Shown here in pieces: positions 24,141-36,640 of a stretch of 64,000 nucleotides of DNA (within the stretch, counting starts at the first letter, position 1; each line of letters opens with the position of its first letter). Made by a program: the position numbers and the translations under genes. Source of the stretch: Camelus dromedarius (lineage: Eukaryota). Location of the stretch: positions 115,880,001 to 115,944,000 of the forward strand of contig NC_087437.1 of NCBI RefSeq assembly GCF_036321535.1. Reading direction: 5' to 3'. The notes below the pieces were generated by a model, which was given only the letters and a program-made list of their open reading frames with translations, was not told the DNA's origin and did no database searches.

Positions 24141-25400
24141 GGGAGAAGATGGCGGAGTAGAACGACGCTCGCAGGTCACCCTCTCCCACAGATACACCAA
24201 GACCCACATCTACAGACCCACTCAGCCAACCAGAGCACCTGTGGAACTCCGACAGAACATCGCCCTCTTCAAAAGATAAAGACGCCAAAAATCTGGTAGG
24301 AGAAAAGGAAAAAAGAAAGAACAAAAGGCAAAGCAGCGCGGGACGGGTCCCCGCGGGGAGGGAGCGGCAAAGGAGGACTGGCGCTCGCTCGCTGGGTCTC
24401 CCCTCTCCAACTGGGAGGCCAGCGGGACGGAGGGGGAGCCTCCGAGGCTCGGATCTGTACAGAGCAGCCCTTGACTAACAGAACTAAGATAAATGGGCAC
24501 AGAGCGTCCCCCCGACACCCAGCCTGAGACGCGGGCCGGCAGCCACGGGCAGGGCCAGGCTGCACAAGCCGGGCGGAGGACGGAAGTGGCTGCACAGAGG
24601 CAGCCCCGGGGGAACGCAAGGGGCTGCGCGCCGTGGCTGTGGGTGCACAAGGCAGAACAACCTGGGCCCTCCATGAAACAGCAAGGTTGATGTGCTCTCA
24701 GGGGAAGGGTGCACACCCCCATCTCTGAAAACCCGCGGAAAGTTTTCGGGGGAAAGAGAGGCGGGGCGCAGGCACAGCCGCCATATCCTCCGCGCTGAGC
24801 ACTCAGGCGGGGGCGGGGGCGAAACCTGCATCCGCACCGAAGGGCTTAGCAGCCTCAAAGGCCAGACTGAGACTGGCCTGCAGCCCGGGGCAGACAGGAT
24901 CCTTCCATCCTGGTCCCTCAGAGAACTTGCTCCACAAAGACAAACAAGGAGCTGGGTTTTGGCTCCGAGCAGGGACAGGGCTGTCCCTCGGTCTTCCCCG
25001 AGCCCACCTGCGGAGCGCCGACCAGGGCGGAGCGCGCAGCCGCACAGAGAGTGGAGCTACCGGCAGCGCGCAGGTAGAGGGAGAGCGGCCCCCTCCTTCC
25101 GGGCAGGAACACAGCCCCTGACCGAGGTGCTGGGAGGGGGCACGACCCGCCCTCCTACCCGGCCAGTCTGCAACATCTGACTGCGGCATCCGGAGGGGCA
25201 GCGACCCGCCCGCCCACAGCAGAGGACAGCTGCACCTGACCCAGTGTTAGGAGGAGGCGCGATCTGTTTGCCGACAAGTGCTGGGAGCAGCACAGAAGAG
25301 GGCGCCAACGGAGGGCCTCTGAAAACAGCAAGCTGAGCTTCCAAAACAGGACGAAGACAGAAAGACTTCACATTAAAAGCACACAGATTCCAAGAGAACA
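24141..25400 (+). promoter_or_regulatory. L1 5'UTR internal promoter / CpG island with YY1 motif
   Basis: CpG and GC content rise sharply relative to the flanks. AAGATGGCGG at 24146-24155 matches the YY1 site found near mammalian L1 5' ends. Confidence 0.85.
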
Positions 25401-25807
25401 CCGACACCCCCCCCCTTTTTTTTTAAATCTGTTTTTACCTGTTCTATTTTCTATTACTCTCTTAATCTTTACTTCTTAATTCATTTCTATTTCTCTTGGG
25501 TTTTGATGTCCTGCTATTCATTAGACACAGGTTTCAAATGCATCTATTCATCCCCACCCCTTTTTTTGTAAAGGTTTCAAAAGAACGTCTCAACCCGATT
25601 AATACTCTGCTTCACCTCACTCTTCTATTATTCATTATACACTGTTTTCAAACCCTCTTTCTCCCTTCTTTTAAAATTCTTTCTGTCTCTCTTATTTTTT
25701 TTTCTTTTTTTTCCTAAGTTCTATTCCTAAATAGGCATCAGATAGATAAAATCCTTAAGGGCCAAAATAAACAACTGATACTCCATAAACCACAGTGCCA
25801 AAGAGGT

Positions 25808-26711
25808 ATGAGCAAGATGAAGAAGCAGAAAAACCTTTCCCAATTAAAAATACAAGAGAAATCCCCTGAAAGAAAGATCAACGAAATAGACATCGATAGC
25901 CTACTAGATCAAGATTTCAAAAAAGGAGTGATCGAATTGCTGAAGGAATTAAAAGAGATAGTGTTTAGAGATATAAAATATGTCAAAAATGAAATTGAAG
26001 CTATAAAGAAGAGCCAAGTAGAATGGGTAAACTCATTGACAGAGATGAGGAATGATCTAATAGCTGTGCAAAGCCGACTAGATAATGCAGAGGAACGAAT
26101 TAGTGATCTAGAAGACAGGGCAATAGAAAGCACCCATTCAGAAGAACTACAAGAGAAGCAAATAAAAAATAATGAAAATAGCATAAGGGACCTATGGGAT
26201 AATATAAAGCGTCCCAATCTTCGCATAATAGGGGTCCCAGAAGGAGAAGAAAGATCAAAGGGGATTGAAAAGGTTTTTGAAGAAATCATGACTGAAAACT
26301 TCCCAAACTTAAAGAAGGAATCAGATATCCAAGTACAGGAAGCTCAGAGGGTCCCAAACAGGAAGAACCCAAATAGACCCACACCAAGACATATCATAAT
26401 CAAGATGGCCAGAGTCAAGGATAAAGAAATGATTCTAAAGGCAGCAAGAGAAAAGCAAAGAGTAAGTTACAAGGGAACCCCCATAAGGCTCTCAGCTGAT
26501 TTCTCTACACAAACACTACAGGCCAGAAGGGAGTGGCAAGATATATTCAAAGCCCTGAATGAAAAAAAGATGCAGCCTAGGATCCTTTATCCAGCAAGGC
26601 TATCCTTGAGGATAGAAGGAGAAATAAAGAGTTTCACAGACAAAAAAAAAGCTGCAGGAGTTTAGCAACACTAAACCCATGCTAAAAGAAATATTGAAAG
26701 GGCTATTCTAA
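25808..26711 (+). pseudogene. L1 ORF1p (coiled-coil/RRM/CTD RNA chaperone) with one +1 frameshift near the C-terminus
   Basis: Typical ORF1p motifs are present: LWDNIKRPNLRIIGVPEGEE, RPTPRHIIIK, ARREW, YPARLS. Removing one A from the A9 run at 26642-26650 restores ...DKKKLQEFSNTKPMLKEILKGLF*, ending at TAA 26709-26711. Confidence 0.95.
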
Positions 26712-27115
26712 ATAGAAAAGCAGCAGGATGCTACAGAAATGAGAAACACACAATTGGAAAGGTGATAACTCATGAATTACAAATAAAGTAAACATGAAAT
26801 TATAAAAGAAGACATACAAATCACTGAGAGTGGGAGAGGGAGGCAGGGAAATATAGAATATTTTTTTCTTTCTTTTTTAAATTTTTTTAACAGTAGGATG
26901 TGTTTGAGATCATGTTACTATCAGTTTAATAAAAACAGTTATAGTAATGGGTTGATAGATTTACAAAAAAGGGTAACCACAAGCCAAAAATTTACAAAGG
27001 AGTCACAAAAATTAAATAAAATCCATGATAATACAAAGGAAAATTACCAAACCACAAAAGGAAGAAGAAAGGAACAAAGAGGATATACCAATTCAACTGC
27101 AAAGATAAGTTCAAA

Positions 27116-30100
27116 ATGGCAATAAACACACATCTATCATTAATTACTGTAAATGTTAATGGACTAAATGCTCCAGTCAAAAGACACAGAGTGGCAGACT
27201 GGATAATAAAGCAAGAACCTTCAATATGCTGCATACAAGAGACCCACTTTAGGGAGAAGGACACATATAGATTGAGAGTGAAAGGATGGAAAAGGATATT
27301 CCATGCAAATGGAAAAGCCAGAAAAGCAGGTGTTGCAGTACTGATTTCAGACAAAATAGACTTTAAAACAAAGGCCATAAAGAAAGATAAAGAAGGACAT
27401 TTTATAATGATTAAAGGAGTGATACATGATGAGGATATTACACTCGTTAATATATATGCACCCAATATAGGAGCACCTAAGTACATACAAGAAGTACTAA
27501 CAGAGATAAAGGGGGATATTGATGGGAATACAATCATAGTTGGAGATTTTAACACTGCATTAACATCACTAGACAGATCTTCCAGACAGAAAATAAACAA
27601 GGCAACAGAGAAATTAAACACTACAATAGAAAAACTAGATTTGGTGGATATTTTCAGAGCATTACACCCCCCAAAAATAGGATATACATTCTTTTCAAGT
27701 GCACATGGAACATTTTCCAGGATCGATCATGTACTTGGGCACAAAAGAAACCTCAACAATTTTAAGAAGATAGAAATTATCTCAAGCATCTTTACTGACC
27801 ACAATGCCATGAAACTGGAAATCAACAACAGAGAAACAAAGGAGAAAAAAAGGAAAGCATGGAGATTAAACAATATGTTATTGAAAAAACAATGGATCAA
27901 TGAGGAAATCAAAGCTGAAATTAAAAAATACCTTGAGACAAATGATAATGAAAGCACAACCACTCAAAACCTATGGGACACAGCAAAGGCAGTGCTAAGA
28001 GGGAAGTTTATAGTGATACAGGCCTTCCTCAAAAAAGAAGAACAATCTCAAATAAACAATTTAACCCACCACCTGAATGAATTAGAAAAAGAAGAACAAA
28101 AAGCCCCAAAAAGCAGCAGAAGGAAGGAAATAATAAAGATCAGAGAGGAATTAAATACAATAGAGATTAACAAGACCACAGAAAAAATCAACCAAACCAA
28201 AAGCTGGTTTTTGAAAAAGTAAATAAAATCGACAAACCTCTGGCCAAACTCACAAAGAAAAAAGAGAGAGCACAAATTAGCAAAATAAGAAAGGAAAATG
28301 GAGAAATTACAACAAACAAAATAGAAATACAGAATATCATACGAGAATATTATGAAAAACTATATGGAACCAAAGTGGATAACCTAGTGGAGATCGACAA
28401 GTTTCTGGAAACATACTGTCCACCAAAACTGAATCAAGAAGAATCTGAACACTTGAACAATCCGATCACTAGAAAGGAAATAGAAATAGCAATTAAAAAC
28501 CTCCCTACAAATAAAAGTCCAGGACCGGACGGCTTCACCGGGGAATTCTACCAAACATACAAAGAAGAACTCATACCAGTCCTTCTCAAACTCTTCCAGA
28601 CGATTGAAAAGGAGGGAATACTCCCAAACTCATTCTATGAAGCCACCATCACCCTGATACCAAAACCAGGCAAAGACACTACAAAAAAAGAGAATTATAG
28701 GCCAATATCACTGATGAACATAGACGCCAAAATCCTCACCAAAATTTTAGCAAATAGAATCCAACAACACATAAAAAAGATTATACATCATGACCAAGTG
28801 GGGTTCATCCCAGGGACACAAGGCTGGTTCAACATACGCTAATCAATCAGTGTAATACATCACATCAACAAGAGAAAGGACAAAAACCACATGATCATCT
28901 CCATCGATGCAGAAAAAGCATTTGATAAAATTCAACACCCATTTATGATAAAAACTCTCGCCAAATTGGGTATAGAGGGAACATATCTCAACATAATAAA
29001 AGCTATATATGACAAACCTACAGCCAGCATAGTACTCAACGGTGAAAAACTCAAAAGCTTCCCACTAAAATCTGGGACAAGACAAGGATGCCCACTATCA
29101 CCACTCCTATTCAACATAGTCCTGGAAGTCCTAGCCACAGCAGTCAGGCAAGAGAAAGAAATAAAAGGGATCCAAATTGGAAAAGAAGAGGTAAAAGTGT
29201 CATTATATGCTGATGACATGTTACTATATATAGAAAACCCTAAAAGGTCCACACAAAAGCTACTAGAGCTGATTGAAGAATTCAGCAAGGTAGCAGGTTA
29301 CAAAATTAACATTCAAAAATCAGTTGCATTTCTTTACACTAACGATAAATCAACAGAAGAAGAAAGTAAAGAAACAATCCCCTTTAAAATAGCACCCAAA
29401 GTAATAAAATATCTGGGAATAAATCTAACCAAGGAGGTGAAAGAATTATACACAGAAAACTATAAACCATTGATGAAGGAAATTAAAGAAGACTTTAAAA
29501 AATGGAAAGATATTCCATGCTCTTGGATTGGAAGAATCAATATTGTTAAAATGGTCACACTGCCCAAGGCAATCTACAGATTTAATGCAATCCCTATCCA
29601 ATTACCCAGGACATATTTCACAGAACTAGAAAAAATCATAATAAAATTCATATGGAACCATCAAAGACCTAGAATTGCCAAAGCATTACTGAAGAGAAAG
29701 AAAGAGGCTGGAGGAATAACTCTCCCAGACTTCAGACAATACTATAGAGCTACAGTCATCAAGACAGCATGGCATTGGTACCAAAACAGACATATAGACC
29801 AATGGAACAGAATAGAGAGCCCAGAAATGAACCCACAAACTTTTGGTCAACTCATCTTTGACAAAGGAGGCAAGAATATACATTGGAATAAAGACAGTCT
29901 CTTCAGCAAATGGTGTTGGGAAAACTGGACAGCAGCATGTAAAACAATGAAGCTAGAACACTCCCTTACACCATATACAAAAATCAACTCAAAATGGATT
30001 AAAGACTTAAACATAAGACAAGATACAATAAACCTCCTAGAGGAAAACATAGGCAAAACATTATCTGACATACATTTAAAAAATTTTTCTCCTAGAAGAA

Positions 30101-30910
30101 ATAAAAGCAAGAATAAACAAATGGAACCTAATGAAACTTACAAGCTCCTGCACAGCAAAGGAAACCAGAAATAAAACAAGAAGAAAACCTACGGAATGGG
30201 AGAAAATTTTTGCAAGTGAAACCGACAAAGGCTTGATCTCCAGAATATATAAGCAGCTCATATGACTCAATAAGAAAAAAATAAACAACCCAATCCAAAA
30301 ATGGGCAGAAGACCTAAACAAGCAATTCTCCAAGGAAGACATACAAATGATCAAAAAGCACATGAAAAAATGCTCAATATCACTAATTATCAGAGAAATG
30401 CAAATCAAAACTACAATGAGGTATCACCTCACACCAGTCAGAATGGCCGTCATTCAATAATCCACAAATGACAAATGCTGGAGAGGCTGTGGAGAAAGGG
30501 GAACCCTCCTACACTGCTGTTGGGAATGCAGTTTGGTGCAGCCACTATGGAAAACAGTGTGGAGATTCCTCAAAAGACTAGGAATAGACTTACCATATGA
30601 CCCAGGAATCCCACTCCTGGGCTTGTATCCAGAAGGAAATCTACTTCAGGATGACACCTGCACCCCAATGTTCATAGCAGCACTATTTACAATAGCCAAA
30701 ACATGGAAACAGCCTAAATGTCCATCAACAGGTGACTGGATGAAGAAGATTTGGTATATTTATACAATGGAATACTACTCAGCCATAAAAACTGACAACA
30801 TAATGCCATTTGCAGCAACATGGATGCTCCTGGAGAATGTCATTCTAAGTGAAGTAAGCCAGAAAGAGAAAGAAAAATACCATATGAGGACGCTCATATG
30901 TGGAATCTAA
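27116..30910 (+). pseudogene. L1 ORF2p (APE endonuclease, reverse transcriptase, C-terminal Cys-rich domain), disrupted
   Basis: EN motifs NVNGLN, QETH, GDFN, RIDH and TDH are present. RT motifs [10 protein letters not shown] and YADD (29206-29217) are present, as is C-terminal CWRGC...HC. Lesions are frameshifts in T-runs at ~28210 and ~30086 and in-frame stops TAA 28840-28842, TGA 30263-30265 and TAA 30458-30460. Confidence 0.96.
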
Positions 30911-33900
30911 AAAACAAAAACAAAAACAAAGCGTAAATAAAGGACAGAAATAGACTCACAGACAGAGAATACAGACTTGTGGTTACCAGGGGGTTGGAGG
31001 GTGGGAAGGGATAGACTGGGATTTCAAAATTGTAGAATAGACTACACTGTATAGCACAGGGAAATATACACAAAATGTTATGATAACTCACAGAGAAAAA
31101 AATGTGACAATGAGTGTGTATATGTCCATGAATAACTGAAAAATTGTGCTGAACACTGGAATTTGACACAACATTGTAAAATGATTATAAATCAATAAAA
31201 AATGTTAAAAAAAAAAAAAGCAAGAGAAGTCAGCACCTCCCTCCAGGATCCAGCGTGAGCCCTGGCTGGCCCCAGGCACCTCAGGTGGCCACCATCTACT
31301 GCTGCTACTACTGAGGACTTGTGACTGGTGCGGAGAAGGAGGCGGAAGTGAGACTCCAGGGACGTAGGCAGAGCACTGGGGGTGAGGATGAGTCTCGGGA
31401 AGGGGCTCTGAAGCTTGGAGAAGGCATTGGGGCCGAGCATCCCTGCCTGCCCCCCAACTCCCTCCTTCAACTCCATCACCGTGCATAAGACCAGACTTAG
31501 ATTATAATCCACATTATCAATGGACCCAGGTGGTGAGACTTCCTGTGCTGTGCTCAACAAATTCCCAGATTGGGGGTGGCGGGTCATATATCAGCAGGCA
31601 ACGGCCATGAAATGAGTTGCCTACAGAAATTTATGTAAGAACAACCTACAAAAGTACTCTGTACAGATCGTGATTCCAGAGCCCCAGGCTATATGCATGC
31701 CTCCAATTTGTCACTGACTTAGATTCAAGTGGCCAGGACGGGGCCTGTCAGCCTCAATGTATAGTGCCAGCACAGTGTGGGATTTGGTTTCCTTCTCTGG
31801 GTTACCGCGTGCCTGTTGGTGGGCGGGGTCGGGTGTCTCCACTCGGGTCAGGCTGTCAGCCCGATTTCCCTTAGTGGGTGGGTGGGAAGTTCCTGGTTAC
31901 TGACAGGCATGTTCGGAGGCCCTTCCTCCAGCACAGGGGTTTTGGCTGCCCCATTTGGAACAGGGTTTCTGATGGTTGAAGTAAGAGAATATCTGTTTCT
32001 AAGATGCTAACAGAGATGAAAATGTCAAAGGGCAGTGGTCAAAAGTCAATAGCCTTTGAAAGGTTGGACGTCCAGGGCAGGATAATGCAGTTTGCGAATT
32101 TCAGATCCCCTGGAAGTGCTGTCAGTACCCCCCGGCCACCTTTCTCTTTGCTGTCTTGTCTTCTCTTCCCCCTTCTGATTTTGTCTCTTTCCTCCTTGGC
32201 AGCTCCTTCTCTGGGGCTTTTGTTCATAGATATGTTTTCCCCTGGGTTTTTCTCATGTGCATTTTCTTATATTTCATCTGTTTTTCCTTCCTCTACTTTT
32301 CCTTCTTTATCATGCCCCCTCGTCCCTTCAACAATGCGACAAGTCTATTTTGAAGTATTGTCATGGATTTATTAAATAAAGTTGCTTTTAATTAAACATT
32401 AAAAACCTGTTAATATTTTTGTGTCCTTTGCTTGCCATTTAAAAACATAACTAATGTTGGTTTTTTTTTAAGGTGGTTGACTACTTTGGTACCTGATAGA
32501 AAGAAATAAGCATCATCCTGCTCTTAGAAGATGAGTAAGGTGCCCCCTCTCTGTGATGGTACTTCCACAGCCCTCGGTAGCGTTTGGACCCCTCTCGTGA
32601 CAGGAGAAGTATCGCTCTCCAGTTCTAGTTAAACAGAGATAGTCCCCTAACCAGATGGGTTTGGCTTGGCAGTTTAACAAAGCGAAGTGTTTACTGGCTC
32701 TGAAAACCCATTCAGTGCTCTGTGTCCTGAGCCTTCGTGGTTCTGTTTTTGTCCCTTTTCTCTGGTGGCCGTGGATTTGATGTTCCCATCAAAGTTATTG
32801 TCTAGTAATTGAATGTTAATTCTTTGCTTAGCCTACTGATAGACTGTCCTGACATAATTATGTATTTATTTCCTTGTAGATTTCCTATGTAGAGTAGATG
32901 TATAATGGTGTATAGCATTATCCAGGAATTTAATTTTGATGAAATATTTATTAGTGTTGACTGCAGGATGAACGTTCATAGTTAGCACCTAGAGGAGTAA
33001 TAGTATGTCTTATGTATTTTATAATGTTCTTTGTCTTTGTAGGGATCCATGGACTAGAATGTTGGGTATGATTCTAAAGTCCATTTTCAAACTTTAAATT
33101 TCCATTATGCATTGAACATACCCAGTGACCTTTCTAAAAAGGACAGAGCAAATTAGAAGGATGGCCATGTGCTTTCCTCTACCCAAGGGTTTGTAATTCA
33201 ATTTTGGCAGAATTCTCTTAAGGCAGTGGACTCATAGATCAAAGTCTTTAGAATTACTGCAGAAGCAAACATGAAACTTAAAACCAGCCCATCAGTGAGG
33301 GTCCAATGAAGGGCTCTTATTTAAATGCATCTGGATCCAATAGAGACAGAAAAATTAGAAACCCTCTACCAGAATTATTGACCAGTAGATCTCTTGTAGT
33401 GCTCTTAGTGGTTTATAATTCAGTTAGGTGAGTTTAAAAAAGTCCACTGAACTAGAATATCAAATTCTAATAAGAGCCTCATTGTAAAACCTGTTAGCAT
33501 CATAACTCGTGGTTTAATGCACCATACAGCCCAGACTCCATTCGCGGACAGTGGTGCTAGTTTCCAAGCTGTTGATCTTTCTAGCATTCGGAGAATCTGT
33601 GAATTTTTTGTTGTTGGTGATTTTGGATTTAGAGATCAGGACTAATCCTGCTAATGTGCTGTGGATTGTGAGTTAGTTGGCGCTAATCCACCCTGTATTT
33701 CGACAACACAGGCATGTCAGTTTCACGACGGTTCTGGTACCCTCACTATCCCCTTCCGGGTCTGAGAAGAGCACGTTCGATGAATGAAGGTCCTTTCCCT
33801 GACAGAGAACTAGTTTGGGGTTTTTCAAACCAAGTGGCAAATCCTCTGAAGGTTTTTCCATCCGTGGAGTGAAGGGTGGGGCAGAGAAGGGGCAGGGGAT

Positions 33901-35814
33901 GGCACAGAAAGGAGAGTGGAAGAGAGGCGTGGGGCTGCGCTACACTTAGTCCCCAGGAGCTGGCGTTTACATGGTGAAATCAGCATGTGTTGGAGACACA
34001 CAGAATTAGGCAGAGGTTTGGGGTCAGGAATTAAAGAAATGGGATGTACAGGTCTTTGTAACATTAGCTTTTCTTGGAGAGACCTTTGGAGATAAGAGCT
34101 CACTGACTGTGCCGCAGGAGAAAACACTTGCACTTTATAGTTTCATGATTTGAGGAATAGCAGAAGGAGGAGGCAGGAGCCTAGTTAAATGTCGGCAAGA
34201 ACAGTGATTAATCTTGAGGCCAGCTTTAAGAAGGTGTTCACGGCCCTAATGATAATGGAGAAGGGTTTGCAAGCTTCCCTTGTAACTTCAGGTAGGAAAT
34301 CTGTCAGCAGGAAAATGTGTATTTTCAAAGGAAAAAGTCTACATTGTCTGTCTGTTTCATATCCATGTAGTCTTTGGTATTTAAACTTCAACACAGGAAA
34401 TTGCATTTCTCAGTTTGCAGGAGAATTTGTTATAATTAATTTTTCTTTTCTCTTGAAAACGATTCCTGTATCCTATTTATTTGGCTTAAGAGCTTAGCAC
34501 ATTGTGTTACTGATATACCCAAAGCCTAAACCATTGCAATCTACTTACACCTCAAGTACCCCATTTTTTAAAATAGTTCTGTCTGAAATTTTTAAACTAT
34601 ACCTGAAATTCTAGCAAAGAAAAGCCATTCTCTCCTCTCTTTAGATTGTCCAGCCTATGGAATATCTATCTACACATAAAACTTCAGCTGACTTTGTCCA
34701 AATCTCCTAAAAATCAGGTTAAAATTATTGTGGGTTTCAATCCCCAATGCGGTGCTACAAATACAACCCATTTTGATTCTTTAGCTCCATACATTGGGTT
34801 ACAATTTCAGCACAGAATTGGACCCCACAAGAGATGAATTTTGAATAACATACAATGTAACATTAACACAAAATAATCTGCGTTAAATAGACCTTGGCTC
34901 TTACAAGAAGGAAATTAAAAAACAAATCAGATAAACACAAGGAGATGTGTTTTTTGCAAAATTTTGTGGTTTTCCATTCAAAACCAAAAATGAAGAATAA
35001 ATTTCAAGTTACTCACTCATGGATTCTGTCAGCTTGGCCATCGCTGTCATTTCTTCTTTGTGCTTTTCCTGGAGGTGAGAAGAAAAGACAATTATGTCTA
35101 AAGCACGTCTTAAATATGAATGACTGCAATTGGTCTGTTACTGCCTCTCTCTCCCTTCTTTTTCCTGTGTTAGAATTTGATCACCAGTGATGAAATGAAT
35201 TTTCAAATCTCACATTATAGCTATATGATCTGTCAGTCACGGAAAAGAGAATTTTAGGACACTGAAAATCTTGCCAGTGCTCTTGGAAACGAGCTTCTGT
35301 CACATTGATCTTGGATATATATAATTGGTGATGCACAACCGGTTTTTAAAACCTTTTTGACACTGGAGTTTTGACACCCATATGCCAATCTTTTGCTCTC
35401 TATTTTCTCCCGTTGAAGTGTTTTTGGGTATTTTTGGAGCTGGTATTTTTATAGTCATTTGGTTTCTTTTTTTCACTCCCAAAAAGCTAAATAGATTTTG
35501 TACATTTTTCTTTGTCTTACTTCTTTGAATTCCTGGAGTTTTTGGAAAGTCATCACTTCTGATGGGTTTATGACCTTACCTATTTTGGGCTGAACACATT
35601 TTGTTTCAACTAGGATGTGGGTTATAACCCACTGAGTTTGAGAGTCAGAATGACACATACATAAATTGAAACTGTCCTAATTAGAAAGTTTCTTTGGGGC
35701 TGTTAAAAATAATGTTTCATCTCTACTGAAAGTTCTCTTCAATTTCTTTAATCTCCTTGGGCGCCTAACATGCTTAGTAACTGAAACACTGGCTATTATT
35801 TTGCTCTTTTTGCA

Positions 35815-36640
35815 GCCTTATTCTTTTTATGATTATGAAACTAACACATGATTGTTATTTCAAAACTCAGAAAATATTGAAAAATTTATAAATTGGAAAA
35901 TATAGATGTTTTTATCATTCCATTCCCAGAGGAAACCACTGTTATATTTTGGTAAACACCTTTCTGTTCCCATTTCTATACCTGTCAGTATATACAGATA
36001 TGGAAATATAATCCCCTTTTTCTAATATAAATATACTATACGTGTGATGTCATAAGCTACTCTCACAATGCTGTATCATACATCTTTCTATGTCAATAAA
36101 GGTAGAATATACTGTCACAGCATAGCATTCACTGTGGGTTATGCCATCATTTCCTTAACCAGATTCCATTTGATTTGCTTACAATTTTCACCATTTAATA
36201 CAATGCTGTGATGAGCATCCTTGAGTTCACAGATTGGTGCCCTTGTCCTGTCGACACTGAGGATAAATATCAGGGGTAGGTATGGTTTGGTTAAAAATTA
36301 TGACTGTTAAGAATTTTGACATGTATTGCTCAATTGTCCCCCAGAAAGTTGGCTCTGACTGTATGAAAACATTCGTTTTCGTACATTCTTTTTTTTTTTT
36401 TTTGGTGGGGGTAGGTAATTAGGCTTACTTATTATCTATTTATTCTTAGAGGAGCCCTGGGGATTGAATCCAGGGCCTCGTGCATGCCAAGCACGCGCTC
36501 TACCACTGAGCTGCACCCTGCATCCTGGTTTTGTCCATTCTTGCCAAGGGCATTAGCACTTTTCCCCAACCCTGTCTTTGCCAAACTGATAGGCAAAAAG
36601 TGGCACCTTGTGCTTTTAAATTGTCATTTTCCTTTCTCTG
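35815..36640 (-). mobile_element. Ancient L1 (L1ME-like) 3' region, interrupted by a SINE
   Basis: Antisense L1ME-type segments include CCCAGAGGAAACCACTGTTA, AATGCTGTGATGAGCATCCTTG and TTTGCCAAACTGATAGG. Confidence 0.7.
36389..36520 (-). mobile_element. tRNA-derived SINE (vic-1-like)
   Basis: It has a T-tail, then GGGGATTGAATCCAGGGCCTCGTGCATGCCAAGCACGCGCTCTACCACTGAGCT, homologous to 4235-4374. Confidence 0.9.

Larger units (their letters stand above)
24132..31214 (+). mobile_element. Full-length LINE-1 retrotransposon (lineage-specific, probably camelid), retrotransposition-defective
   Basis: It has a GC-rich 5'UTR, ORF1, ORF2 (EN/RT/C-terminal Cys-rich), a 3'UTR, AATAAA at 31194-31199 and an A-tail. 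It is flanked by a 20-bp TSD, AAAAAGCAACAGAAGTCAGC (24112-24131) and AAAAAGCAAGAGAAGTCAGC (31215-31234), with one mismatch. Confidence 0.98.

Noticed and set aside
24222..25407. Multiple sense and antisense ORFs in the L1 5'UTR (possible ORF0 analogue)
   Set aside because: These are expected in a CpG island. No motif or splice evidence singles one out, and ORF0 is described for primate L1.
25909..30408. Antisense ORFs over L1 ORF1/ORF2
   Set aside because: These are shadow ORFs of A-rich L1 coding sequence.
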